Shown here one piece after another: positions 28,363 through 38,223 of a stretch of DNA of 64,000 nucleotides; position 1 is the first letter of the stretch; the number at the start of each line of letters is the position of its first letter. A model generated the notes under the pieces. It worked only from the letters and a program-made list of their open reading frames with translations, was not told the DNA's origin and made no database searches. This DNA comes from an uncultured Pseudomonadota bacterium (GTDB lineage Bacteria > Vulcanimicrobiota > Vulcanimicrobiia > Eremiobacterales > Eremiobacteraceae), in the NCBI GenBank assembly GCA_963736005.1, contig CAVTNB010000001.1, positions 928,001 to 992,000 of the forward strand, written 5' to 3'. The position numbers were made by a program, and so were the translations under genes.

Positions 28363-28387
28363 GGGCGACGTTGCCGTCGCCCGCTAC
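28363..28387 (-). repeat. REP family D
   Basis: GGGCGACGTTGCCGTCGCCCGCTAC between convergent genes. Confidence 0.7.
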
Positions 28388-28406
28388 CTTTGTTATCGCG
28401 TGTGGG

Positions 28407-29405
28407 TTATGGCGTGCTGGTCTGCTGTGTGAAGCCAGCGGGAGGCCCGAACAACGAACTGTCGCCCGAACTGAGATCCTTGACGTCTCCCCGCTCGATC
28501 AGTGTTGAAAAGCCACCCGACATTGCTCCTTGTTGCGCCTGAGCGCTCCCATTGATGGTCAGGAGCTCCCACATCACAAGGCGGCCGGAGGGAGCCGTCG
28601 GACCGATGTGCACTCGCGTCGTGGCCTTCGGTACGCAGCCCGGCTTGAACGATGCAGTTTCGGGATTTGTATTCCTTGGCATCGCCATGTGAGGCAGTTT
28701 GGTAACGGAAACCGGCCAGTGTATGCTCGGCTCCGCATACCTTGACACGAACTCAGTCATGGTCGTTTGAAACGTTCCGTTGGTGCACGAGCCGGTGGCC
28801 TGTGACGAAACGATCTTGAAGGTCAATTGATAGCCGTCTGTATCGACACCCCCTAGATTCTTGGAACCGAGTGAGGTCGTGCTGACGGTAATCGTCACCT
28901 TTGACGTGCCTGGTTGGGATGGCGGCATCGTTCCTTGCGGTCCGGGTTGCTGCTGAACTGGCGGTACGTAGGTCTGCGCCGTATTCGGAGACGTGATCCA
29001 GTACGTCTTATTGGCGAAATTTAAGTGAATGTACTGAGCTTTGTCAGGCAGCGTGATCGTTCCGGTTTGACCGGTGATGTCGTCTTCGCGCTCCATGTTG
29101 GCGAGATAATAATACGTACTTGGCGTGCCGTTACTCAAGGAGCTCAGCGCGCTCTTCATCTGGTTAAAGGCGGCAAACAAGCCATGACTGCTGCTCGCCT
29201 TCGCAGGCTGTGCCGATTGCCAGTCGGCATCGAACGAGCCATTCTTGTAGCTGCCTGGTGCGGGCGCACTTTGGCCCATGACGATCTTAACTATTTCGTT
29301 GTAGCTGATGTCGCTTGACGCAGCCTGGACGGGGGTGAGCCCAGCACCAGCGACGAGGACGACTACAAAAAGAAGCGCAGCGCTGATGCAAACGCGAAAA
29401 ACCAT
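28407..29405 (-). CDS. Secreted protein (DUF4412-like), paralog of 38224..39376
   Basis: Signal peptide; C-terminal SLFGPPAGF; GSCTNGTF shared with the paralog. Confidence 0.7.
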   Translation of the reverse strand: MVFRVCISAALLFVVVLVAGAGLTPVQAASSDISYNEIVKIVMGQSAPAPGSYKNGSFDADWQSAQPAKASSSHGLFAAFNQMKSALSSLSNGTPSTYYYLANMEREDDITGQTGTITLPDKAQYIHLNFANKTYWITSPNTAQTYVPPVQQQPGPQGTMPPSQPGTSKVTITVSTTSLGSKNLGGVDTDGYQLTFKIVSSQATGSCTNGTFQTTMTEFVSRYAEPSIHWPVSVTKLPHMAMPRNTNPETASFKPGCVPKATTRVHIGPTAPSGRLVMWELLTINGSAQAQQGAMSGGFSTLIERGDVKDLSSGDSSLFGPPAGFTQQTSTP

Positions 29406-29482
29406 GTTGCCTCCAAATCAAGCAAACAAGTTGAGGTGTGGTTTTGGCGGATTGTCTTGCGCACCCTGCGTGCGCTACGCTA

Positions 29483-29614
29483 CTAGAACGCTGCGGTTTC
29501 GTGGATGCGGTCGAGGCGACCGTCCGAGCGAGCGGACTCGCTTGCGCGAAGCAAGGCTGGCACGAGGAGCGAGACGGATGCGGCAACGAGAGTAAATGCG
29601 ACGAGCCACTTCAT
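29483..29614 (-). CDS. Possible 43-aa membrane or secreted peptide
   Basis: MKWLVAFTLVAASVSLLVPALLRASESARSDGRLDRIHETAAF then two stops; no clear RBS. Confidence 0.4.
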   Translation of the reverse strand: MKWLVAFTLVAASVSLLVPALLRASESARSDGRLDRIHETAAF

Positions 29615-29716
29615 GGGTACAATGATACCTCTACACACAAGACTTAGGCTTGAGGCGTTTGTGACAGATTCAGGGCACGAAAGTGCCCTCGCGCTAGTGA
29701 GGCGGACCCTACAACG

Positions 29717-29740
29717 GCGGACCTAAAGGGTCGCTGCTAC
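29717..29740 (-). repeat. REP family B (GCGGACCTAAAGGTCCGCTGCTAC type)
   Basis: Degenerate copy; others at 17799, 31711, 39846, 41948, 51347, 57289. Confidence 0.7.
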
Positions 29741-29790
29741 GCGGGGCGAGTACCCAATCGTCCCCGGCAAAGCGGAGGTAGCCAAATCGG

Positions 29791-29982
29791 ATGCAGGTTG
29801 GGAAACGAGTGCGGGCGCTGCGCTCCATCGACCTCGGAGATGCAGGGAAGGTCGACAAAGGGGCCGTCGGCGTTCTCGAAAGCATGAACAACGGGCCTTA
29901 TATGCCATACCTGGTGCGGTTTCCCAGCGGAACCTTCGCCTTCGAGGAGGGTGAGATCGAAGAGGCGGAACCCGATTCCTGA
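29791..29982 (+). CDS. Small SH3-barrel-like protein
   Basis: 63 aa; VGKRVRA..G.VG...YLVRF pattern; GGAGG upstream. Confidence 0.55.
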   Translation: MQVGKRVRALRSIDLGDAGKVDKGAVGVLESMNNGPYMPYLVRFPSGTFAFEEGEIEEAEPDS

Positions 29983-30048
29983 AAAGGCCCTGAAAGGCAA
30001 AACGCTGCGCCGCAGGCTGCGTTCTCAAAGGGTGCCGAACTAGTAAGC

Positions 30049-30723
30049 ATGAGAGTTTTGCTCGTTGAAGACGATCCCAGTTTAGCGGCATCGCTGCGCC
30101 GCGCGCTCGAAGCGCAAAAGTTCTCCGTGACGTCCGTCGGCGATGGCGACAACGGGCTTCACGAACTCTGCGGCAATGATTATCAAATCGCGATCCTCGA
30201 CGTGCTACTCCCCAAGCGCGATGGCATCTCCGTGTGCGCAGAGGCACGCCGGCAGGGGATTTCGACCCCCATTCTCATGCTGACAGCGCGCAATGCCGTG
30301 ACGGATCGCGTCACCGGACTCAACAGCGGTGCGGATGATTACCTGCCAAAGCCATTTGCCTTTCCCGAACTGTTGGCTCGCGTTCATGCACTGCTGCGTC
30401 GCCCAAAAAACGAAGTCAAGCCGCGCGCGGTCAGCGTGGGAAAACTTTCCATCGACGTGCTGCGACACCAGACCACGTGCGATGGCCGAGTGCTCCATCT
30501 GACCCGGACTGAGTACCGGCTCTTACTCTACCTGATGGAAAACGCCGGCATCGTCCTTACGAAAGACGCAATTTTGGACCGGCTCTGGGGCGGCGAACAC
30601 GGAGGAAACTCCAACATCCTCGAAGTCTACGTTAAGATGCTGCGACGCAAGTTGACCGCTGCCTGTGGCGATCAGTTTATTCGCACGGTGCGGGGCGTGG
30701 GCTATACCATCGACAAAGCATGA
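30049..30723 (+). CDS. OmpR-family response regulator
   Basis: LLVEDD, ILDVLLP, GADDYLPKPF, LTRTEY, IRTVRGVGY. Confidence 0.95.
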   Translation: MRVLLVEDDPSLAASLRRALEAQKFSVTSVGDGDNGLHELCGNDYQIAILDVLLPKRDGISVCAEARRQGISTPILMLTARNAVTDRVTGLNSGADDYLPKPFAFPELLARVHALLRRPKNEVKPRAVSVGKLSIDVLRHQTTCDGRVLHLTRTEYRLLLYLMENAGIVLTKDAILDRLWGGEHGGNSNILEVYVKMLRRKLTAACGDQFIRTVRGVGYTIDKA

Positions 30724-31709
30724 TCGATAGACGGGGTGTGATGACCAATATCGGAGCACCCAGAGTGCGCCTCACCCTCGCGTATGCTGGACTCCTCGTT
30801 CTGCTGCTCGCCACGTTCTCGATCATCGTGTACGTGCTGTTGTCCATTGTCGTCCTCCAAGACATCGAGCCATTCCGAGACGATGCGGGGATCGTGGCGG
30901 CGGCGCATCGCATGCTGGAAGTGTACGTGGTGCGCTTGCTTATCGCGAATGCAGTCGGTCTCGTGCTTGTCGTGGCGATCGCCGCCTTTCTCGCGAAGAT
31001 CACGCTGCGGCCACTCGAACGCGCGATCGCGCTCCAACGCCAATTTACAAACGACGCCTCCCACGACCTACGTACTCCCCTCGCTGTCATCCGTACCGAA
31101 GCATCTGTCGGGCTCACCGATACGGCGCTCGGAACGGACTATGTGGAGCGGCTCCGCATCATTGACGAGCAGGCGCAGCGCATGCAGCGTTTGATCGACC
31201 AACTTATCACCCTATCGCATCTTGATGCAGATAGCGCGCTCGATCGCGAACCGACCGACCTTCGAGTCGTGGTGAACGGTGTCGTGCGAGATCTTGGCCC
31301 GCTCGCGGAGGCGCGCTCCGTCGATTTAAAGGTCTGCCGCAGCGAAAGTGCCGTCGTGATGGGCGACGAACTCAAGCTTTCGCAGCTGGTCGGCAATCTT
31401 ATCGATAACGCCATCAAACATGGTCGCGAACAATCGACCGTCGACATCTCCGTCTGGCAGAACCGCGACACCGCATACGTCGCGATCAGCGACGAAGGCC
31501 ACGGCATTGCCCCAACGGACCTCGAGCGGATTTTCGAGCGCTATCAGCGGGTCAATGGATCGGCGAGCAACGGCGTCAACGAAGTTCACGGTCTTGGTCT
31601 GCCCCTGTGCCGCTGGATCGCGCGCGCGCACGGCGGTGAGGTCTCAGTACAGAGCGCACTTGGACAGGGCAGCACATTTACGGTCCGCCTTCCGGCGATG
31701 ACCGCCTAA
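30720..31709 (+). CDS. Sensor histidine kinase with a very short extracytoplasmic loop
   Basis: Two TM helices; ASHDLRTPL H-box, NLIDNAIKH, DEGHGI, GLGL. Confidence 0.93.
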   Translation: MIDRRGVMTNIGAPRVRLTLAYAGLLVLLLATFSIIVYVLLSIVVLQDIEPFRDDAGIVAAAHRMLEVYVVRLLIANAVGLVLVVAIAAFLAKITLRPLERAIALQRQFTNDASHDLRTPLAVIRTEASVGLTDTALGTDYVERLRIIDEQAQRMQRLIDQLITLSHLDADSALDREPTDLRVVVNGVVRDLGPLAEARSVDLKVCRSESAVVMGDELKLSQLVGNLIDNAIKHGREQSTVDISVWQNRDTAYVAISDEGHGIAPTDLERIFERYQRVNGSASNGVNEVHGLGLPLCRWIARAHGGEVSVQSALGQGSTFTVRLPAMTA

Positions 31710-31710
31710 A

Positions 31711-31803
31711 TGTAGCGGCGGACCTTTAGGTCCGCCTGTAGCAGGCGATGTGAGCGTGGCGACGTCAGTCGCCCATGTAGGGGGGCGATTGGAAAATCGC
31801 CCC
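31711..31803 (+). repeat. Mixed REP cluster (B, D-like, C)
   Basis: TGTAGCGGCGGACCTTTAGGTCCGCC; GGCGACGTCAGTCGCC; TGTAG-G run-CGATTGGAAAATCGCCCC ending at the next gene's RBS. Confidence 0.8.
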
Positions 31804-31817
31804 AAAGGAGAACAAGC

Positions 31818-32123
31818 ATGACAGATACCGCTCAGGGCGCTTTTACTCGAAGGTTAACCGTCGTCGCGGCGCTCGCACTTGCCATGGGCGGCGTGTTGCT
31901 CCTCCCCGCAAGTCAGCCGGCTCGCGCGACCGTACCCATGGCGATCGAGCTCGCGGACAAAGTGCTCTCAACCCCGGGCGCGCTCGAGGACGAGAGTCCG
32001 TACAACATGATCGACGCCATCGGGCCGACCGGCATCACGCAGCAAGAGGCGACCCAAGAAGTCACCTCGCGCACGATGATGGGCGGTCTTCCCGCGCCCA
32101 ACGGCAGCGTCGGGGGGTATTGA
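31818..32123 (+). CDS. Small secreted protein
   Basis: AAGGAG RBS; signal peptide ending ARA. Confidence 0.7.
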   Translation: MTDTAQGAFTRRLTVVAALALAMGGVLLLPASQPARATVPMAIELADKVLSTPGALEDESPYNMIDAIGPTGITQQEATQEVTSRTMMGGLPAPNGSVGGY

Positions 32124-32881
32124 TCATGAAGAAATTGTTTGTGGTAGTTCTGCTGACTGCGCTGTGTGCCACGGCGACGGCCAAAGTCGCCGTCGGCGAC
32201 AGCTTCTTCCACCGCCTGCGCGTCGACGGCTTGGTCAGCGATGGGGTCACTTTGTACCATACCGGCGATTATCAGCAATCCATTCAAAAGCTCAATGATG
32301 CGCTCTCGCTGAGCAACGACAACGTCGAGGCGCTCTTCGACCTTGGGTTAGATCAATATGCGTTAGGGCAATATCAGGCAGCCGCCGACGACTTCCAAGC
32401 CTGCCTCAAGCTGCAACCTGATTTTGTCCCCGCGCAATTCAACCTCGGCGTGGCTGACATTGGACTCAACCAGCTCGACGCAGCGAAAGCAATCTTCCAG
32501 CAAATAATCGCGCAGCACCCATCATCGGTTCGTGCCCACTTCGATATGGGGCTGTCGACCTTTCTCGCGGGCGACGCGAGCCAAGCGGCGAACCAATTTG
32601 CGGTAGCGGCGCTCCTCCATCCGCAGTACGTGCAGGCGCACTATGACAAGGCGCTGGCCCTGTACCGAACCGGAAACTTAGTCGCCGCCGATCAGGAAGC
32701 CGGCGAGTCGCTCAAGCTCAACAACTCGTTTGCGAAGGCATACTTCCTGCGGGGAGCCATCCGTTTGCGACAGGGAAACGACGGTGATGCGAGAGCACAG
32801 TTCGAACAGGCGGCGAAACTGTCGACCGATCCCGTCCTCAAATCGCTCTGCGCGCAGATCATCGCCCAAATCGGGGCGTAA
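32120..32881 (+). CDS. Secreted tetratricopeptide repeat protein
   Basis: Signal peptide; about five TPR-like repeats (AQFNLG, AHFDMG, AYFLRG). Confidence 0.88.
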   Translation: MIMKKLFVVVLLTALCATATAKVAVGDSFFHRLRVDGLVSDGVTLYHTGDYQQSIQKLNDALSLSNDNVEALFDLGLDQYALGQYQAAADDFQACLKLQPDFVPAQFNLGVADIGLNQLDAAKAIFQQIIAQHPSSVRAHFDMGLSTFLAGDASQAANQFAVAALLHPQYVQAHYDKALALYRTGNLVAADQEAGESLKLNNSFAKAYFLRGAIRLRQGNDGDARAQFEQAAKLSTDPVLKSLCAQIIAQIGA

Positions 32882-33224
32882 CAAGAAAGGGGCGATTTTC
32901 CAATCGCCCCTTCACGTATCGCGAATAAATGAAATTTTAATTAAATGATTGCAGTTTGAGCTTTTTGCGGACTACCGATAACGTCGGAGACGAAATCAGC
33001 GCGATGTAGTAGGCGTGGAGCTCACGCGCGTTGAGCGTCGTGCGCACGAAGTCGGGTTTTGGCCAACCTCTGACTGCCGGCGCATCGCTGCGCAAGCTCC
33101 TTTTCTCGAATGGGCCGATTTCTCGCACGCTGGCACCCTCCCCCAGGCTTTCCCACTAACTCGTAACCTGGTCAATACATAAACGTAGAGACCAGAGATT
33201 TGGTGCCGTCGAAGCGTCGCTGCC

Positions 33225-34121
33225 TCAGGGACGATGCTGGCCGTACGCCGCTTCGTCAAAATACCAGTCTGGTAGAGTATTCGGAAAACCGAAGTCGGAA
33301 AAATAGTACTCGTAGTGCCCGCTATCCGAAAAGATAGCAATGTGTCCCTGTGCGTCGGCTGATGCCTGCTTGACCAGCCAATAGTTTCCGATAGGCGCAA
33401 ACTCAACATCCGCCACCGCGCGACCAACGAGCGGCCCAGCTCTGCCAGTAGCATCGGCGTGCGCTCTCCACACCTCGAACAGTTGGGTATCCACCCAAAG
33501 GTCCGTCCACGGATGTTTTTGCGGGTCGTGAATCGCTCGCAAGACCAGATGGTAAACTTGGTGGTTCTTGTACATTTCGATGCCAGCAAGCGACACGATG
33601 TAATACCGATCGCCGTTGACCGTTTGCAACGCGATGATCGGAGCGGCAGAGGTGCCCGGTGCCGGCGAGCCAACCGGCGGCGGCGCTGTCGTCACGGGCG
33701 CCGGAGTTGCGTAGAGCAGAATATTGTTGTCCGGCGCTGAGGGAAACGGATAACCGAAAAAAGTCTCGTAGGTGCCGTTGCGGTTGGGAACAACGTTTTG
33801 CATCAGACCCTTGCCATCGTTTCGGTACCAGATCTGATAGTCAAATTCGTAGCGCTTGCCGTGATGAACGAAAACTTCGTGCATCTTATAGTAGGTGTAC
33901 GGCGGATCGGGGTTCATTCGAAGCGCCGCCTCGGTGCGTTCGAGAATCTCATCAGGGGTCAGCGATTCCAGTGGTGCAGGAGTTGGACTTGGAGTGATGC
34001 GTGGTGAGGCCGACGGTTTCGGCTTGATGGCGTAGCTCTGCGGCTGCGCGAAGCCGCCACTTGCGGTAAAGATTACAACGAACAGCACCGCCGACGCGAT
34101 GACCACGAGGATCGCTTTCAT
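33225..34121 (-). CDS. Secreted hypothetical protein, possibly LolA-like fold
   Basis: Signal peptide, PT-rich linkers, DLWVD, YFSDF. Confidence 0.7.
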   Translation of the reverse strand: MKAILVVIASAVLFVVIFTASGGFAQPQSYAIKPKPSASPRITPSPTPAPLESLTPDEILERTEAALRMNPDPPYTYYKMHEVFVHHGKRYEFDYQIWYRNDGKGLMQNVVPNRNGTYETFFGYPFPSAPDNNILLYATPAPVTTAPPPVGSPAPGTSAAPIIALQTVNGDRYYIVSLAGIEMYKNHQVYHLVLRAIHDPQKHPWTDLWVDTQLFEVWRAHADATGRAGPLVGRAVADVEFAPIGNYWLVKQASADAQGHIAIFSDSGHYEYYFSDFGFPNTLPDWYFDEAAYGQHRP

Positions 34122-34285
34122 GAATGAGTCTTTAGTTTTTCATCCGCAAGCGCGGGTCGCCCTCTTGCGTCGCAGCGGTTATTGTGACGATGCCCGGCGG
34201 GATTTTAAAGCCCTACCCCGAACCGCCCGGCTGTCCGGTACGTTTTCAATCGGCCCAGCGTGGCTTAGCGTTTGGAGTCTCGAAG

Positions 34286-35616
34286 TGACGGCGACCATTT
34301 CAGCCATCCGTTCTGCGCTCTTGTTCTCGATCGCGGCGACGATCGTGTTTGCTTTGGCCTCCTGCGGGGGTGGCGGAGGGGGTTCAATAAATCCGCCGCC
34401 GACCCAGCCCCCGACGACCAATCCGTCGCCACTTCCATCGGGGTCTCCCTATCCTTCAAATAACGGTGACACCTTCGCGTATTCCGGAACCAGCACGCAA
34501 GTGGTCACCCGATCGGTCCCAACGCCAACCCCACCGCCTTCGACAGTCCAATCAACGGTGACCCAGAATCAAACCGTGATGACCGCGCAAATGTTTCACG
34601 GCAACCCTGCAACCGATTTCCACACGGTTGAAACCGACACCGCACCGAATCAAGCGATCACGACGACTTCCGACAACTATTTCGTTATCCCCAGCGGCAG
34701 CGGAAACGTCGTCCAGCTCGGTTTTTCCTCGGCCGATAGCAACGGCGTGACGCTCGATGTGCAATACCTTTCGGGCAACGGCATCATCGACCAATTGCCG
34801 GAAACCCAAGGCGGGAATTGGTTAAACAATGCATCCGAGTCTACGGTCGAAAATAACCCTGACGGAACGAGCTTGACGCAGACCATCAACGCTGACGGAT
34901 CCTACAATGAGACGCAAACTCTCGTCGTTGGCAACGGGACCATCACCGAAAACAGCGATGGAACCGGAACCGCGAACTTTCCCACGACTGTTTTTTTTGG
35001 TACCGGCACGGGGACGCTGTTTTCCGTCGGTGCGCAATCTGGCGGTCTCATTCCGATCACCCTCAGCGCGGTTGGAGCATCCGCTCCGACTCCGGCGCCA
35101 GTTTTGGTTCAAATTCCTGCCTGGTATCCAGCCTCGCCAACGCTTGCCAGTGACACGACGACCAATATGGGAACAACACGGATCCCGCGCGGCTGTGCTG
35201 CGAGTACGTACCCTGGCGTCGGGATTCAACTCCATGAGTCGAGAACGCGGCTCGACACAATTCTTGGCTATCAAGAGACCGAGACCCAAGATCGCTGGAT
35301 CGTGCCAAGCATTGGGCCCACGTGCGCCCAAATCGCAGATTCAGTCGTTCTCTTTTACGATTTCACCGGACAGACGACCACCGCCGTCTTTAACACTACC
35401 GGGGTCCAGACAACGTCGATAACAGAAGTGCTCGGACTCCAGTCGGCAACAATATTAGCCGCGGCCCGGCATCCACTCGATCTTCGAAGTCGCTCGGCAG
35501 CCTTTTCCGCCCGCCTAGAGCTTTCGAGGGAACGCATCGAGCGCTTCCGACAGGCTGTGCGGCGGCGTCAATTGCTTAGGTTGCAAAACTTTCTCCAGAG
35601 GAAGATCCTCCTATGA
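34286..35616 (+). CDS. Thr/Pro-rich lipoprotein
   Basis: Lipobox LASC then GGGGGGS; start uncertain (ORF track 34099); TGA overlaps the S53 ATG. Confidence 0.75.
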
Positions 35617-37660
35617 AGCGTTGCTTTGCCTTTCTTATTGTTGCCATCGTGCTCTTGTCGTCTGCGCGTTTGGCGAGCGCGGCCCAAACTTGGAGGTTAC
35701 CGGAACCGCTCAAACCAGGCGGTCTCCCTATTCTTCCGACGCTCGGAGGAACCAGGACACCGAGCTTCGATGACGAGGCAGTCCGCGGCGCGCAATACCT
35801 GGGACCTGCCCAACTTGGAAGGATGAGCATCGATGTCGTGATGCAAATGCGCGACGAGCAGAACCTGCGGCGTTATGCGCGCTTAGTGAGCGATCGCCAC
35901 TCTCTGTATTACCGCCATTTCTTGACTCCGCAACAACTCGGCGATGACTTCGGCGCAACGCCTGCCCAGTACCAGCGGGCAATGGAATACTTTTGGGCTC
36001 AAGGTCTGCTCGTGCGCACTTGGAACCAACGTCAGGTCTTGCGCGTTGTCGGACCACAAGCAAACGTGGAAAGGGCGCTCTCCACTCACTTTGGTTTGTT
36101 CCGAAAGCACGGGGTCACTTTTTACGCGCCGATAGCCGCGCCGCGTTTCATGACCTCCTTGAACGTGCGAGCGATCGGCGGGATTGTCAACTATCATCGC
36201 ATGCGGCGCCACATTGTGGTGAGCGGACCGTTTTATCCAGCCATCGGAATAGGCCCAGGACTTATCGTGGGCAGCTCGCCGTTCGATCTTGCCGGCGCGT
36301 TTGACTACACAGGTGCCTACCACATCAATGGGAGCTGCTGCCTGGGCGATGGTATCACGATCGGCATCGTCGGCACGGGACCCATCTCGAGTGCGGACGT
36401 TCCCTTTTTCCGATCCGTCTTCAACGTGGGCGGAACCGGCACGGTGACTCAAGTGAACGCGACGGATGCGATTTTTGGAGCCGGTTCCCTGGTTGCGTGC
36501 TGCTATAGCACGGGCTTGCAAACTCCGCCTGCAGTTACTGCTCCATGCGGCGGTCCCTTACCAGGGTGCAATCCCGAAGATATTGAGGCACAACTCGACA
36601 CGGAACAGACGAGCTCGCTTGCTCCCAATGCCTCTGTGAATTTCTATCTTGCCTACAATCCGAATGAGTGCTTCACAGCCGGCCCCTGTGCACCGGGCGC
36701 AGGTTCGCAGCAATTGGGCGTCGTTGAGTCCGACGATGAGCTCCAGCAGATTATCAACGACAACGTGGCAGATGTCGTGTCGGGAAGCTACGGCATCGGC
36801 GAACTCGACTATGCCGGTCAAAGCGGTGGTCTCCTCAATGCGAACGGAACCGGTGTCGAGCCGAATATTTTCGCTGCGCTCGCTGCCGAAGGCATTGCCG
36901 TTTTTCTATCATCCGGCGATACTGGGGCTGAAGGATGTCAAAGAGACCAAGTCTTCGCAACGGCCGATGTGCTGTGTGTTTCCTACCCTTCGGGTGATCC
37001 GAACGTGACGTCCGCGGGAGGGACGACAACGCCCATCGGCAATAACGGCCGCCTCACTGGCCTTGTGACTGCATGGGGCGTGCAGACCCAGTCCGGCGGG
37101 GCAGGCGGTGGCGGATTCTCACAAGTCTTCCCAAGACCGGGCTTTGAGCCGACAGGCCAATTCTGTGCGAACATGGCGGATAGCAACGGCGTGCAGTGCG
37201 ACAGCTCCCATCGTTTACAACCCGATGTGTCGTTGAACGCAGACCCCGCCACTGGTACGACAATTACGATCAACTGCGGCACCGGTCCGAGTTGCTCCGG
37301 ACTCGGAGGCGCTTTGATCGGCCTTGAAGGTGGAACGAGCGCCTCGGCACAGACATGGCAGCCATGTGGGCGCTGGTGCTTGAAGCCTGCAAACAAACGG
37401 TCAGCTGCGCGACAGCCTCAGGCGGTCACCCCTACCGCTTGGGTAACGCTGCGCCGCTCTTGTATGGGCTGTCGCAGAGCGTTCGATCTTCCGCATTCTT
37501 GGACATTACCTATGGAAACATCGCCGTGCCGTTGTCAACCAGTGGCGGCGACTACACGCAGCTGGATCCTGGCTTTCTGGCCGGCCCTGGCTACGACTTA
37601 GCCACCGGGCTTGGAGCACCGTTCGCCCGTAATCTCATCAAAGCCATCACTGGCATGTAA
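35613..37660 (+). pseudogene. S53 sedolisin/kumamolisin-like peptidase with apparent frameshift near 37350
   Basis: Pro-domain (YRHFLTPQQ), EAQLDTE, SSGDTG, PDVS, GGTSASA then frame change to DMAAMWALV...GYDLATGLG. Confidence 0.85.
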
Positions 37661-37679
37661 CGCTCTGAGGAGGTATCAC

Positions 37680-38054
37680 GTGAAGAAACTTCTGTTTCGT
37701 CCGCACTTCGCTGCAGTGGTTGCAACCTCTGGCCTCATCCTGACCGCGGCGTTGATCTTCGTGGCCAAAGCGGCTGACAATTGCGACATCGATTGGGGAT
37801 CGGCTCAATATCGCGGTGCAGTGTCGGATTGCGAAACAAGTGCGACGGTCGGGTTAGCGAAGGCGGGCTTCGACCAAATTCAAACCGGCGTTCATACCAA
37901 TCACACATCGATCTGGGGCTACCATGGCAATTACCGCGCCCTTATCTTATGCACCAAGGCAGATAGCGGCGCCACCTACGCTGAGATGGTGATTGGACCG
38001 ACGGGCAACGAACTCGATTCACTGTTCAAAGCCGTCGACACTGACTTTAAATAA
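37680..38054 (+). CDS. Small secreted Cys-containing protein
   Basis: GAGGAGG RBS, GTG start, signal peptide ending AKA. Confidence 0.7.
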   Translation: MKKLLFRPHFAAVVATSGLILTAALIFVAKAADNCDIDWGSAQYRGAVSDCETSATVGLAKAGFDQIQTGVHTNHTSIWGYHGNYRALILCTKADSGATYAEMVIGPTGNELDSLFKAVDTDFK

Positions 38055-38064
38055 ACGATAAGGG

Positions 38065-38215
38065 GGGCGACTTTTAAAGTCGCCCTTTCCGTCCGGCAGG
38101 TGGGTTTGCGCCCCCACCTTCTTCGGTCGTGGGTATTGGTGGAATCACGGGCGGGGGGTCGTTCATTGTAGCCTGGCCTTTCGTCAATGGGGCGATTTTC
38201 CAATCGCCCCCTACA
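38065..38215. repeat. REP cluster (D at 38065, C at 38189) between convergent genes
   Basis: GGGCGACTTTTAAAGTCGCCC; GGGGCGATTTTCCAATCGCCCCCTACA. Confidence 0.75.
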
Positions 38216-38223
38216 GCTAGATT

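Noticed and set aside
29791..29982. nifZ
   Set aside because: Only a generic SH3-like pattern and no nif genes in the window
32937..33128. 63-aa minus-strand ORF
   Set aside because: No recognisable motif or clear RBS and it ends in an AT-rich tract; unsupported
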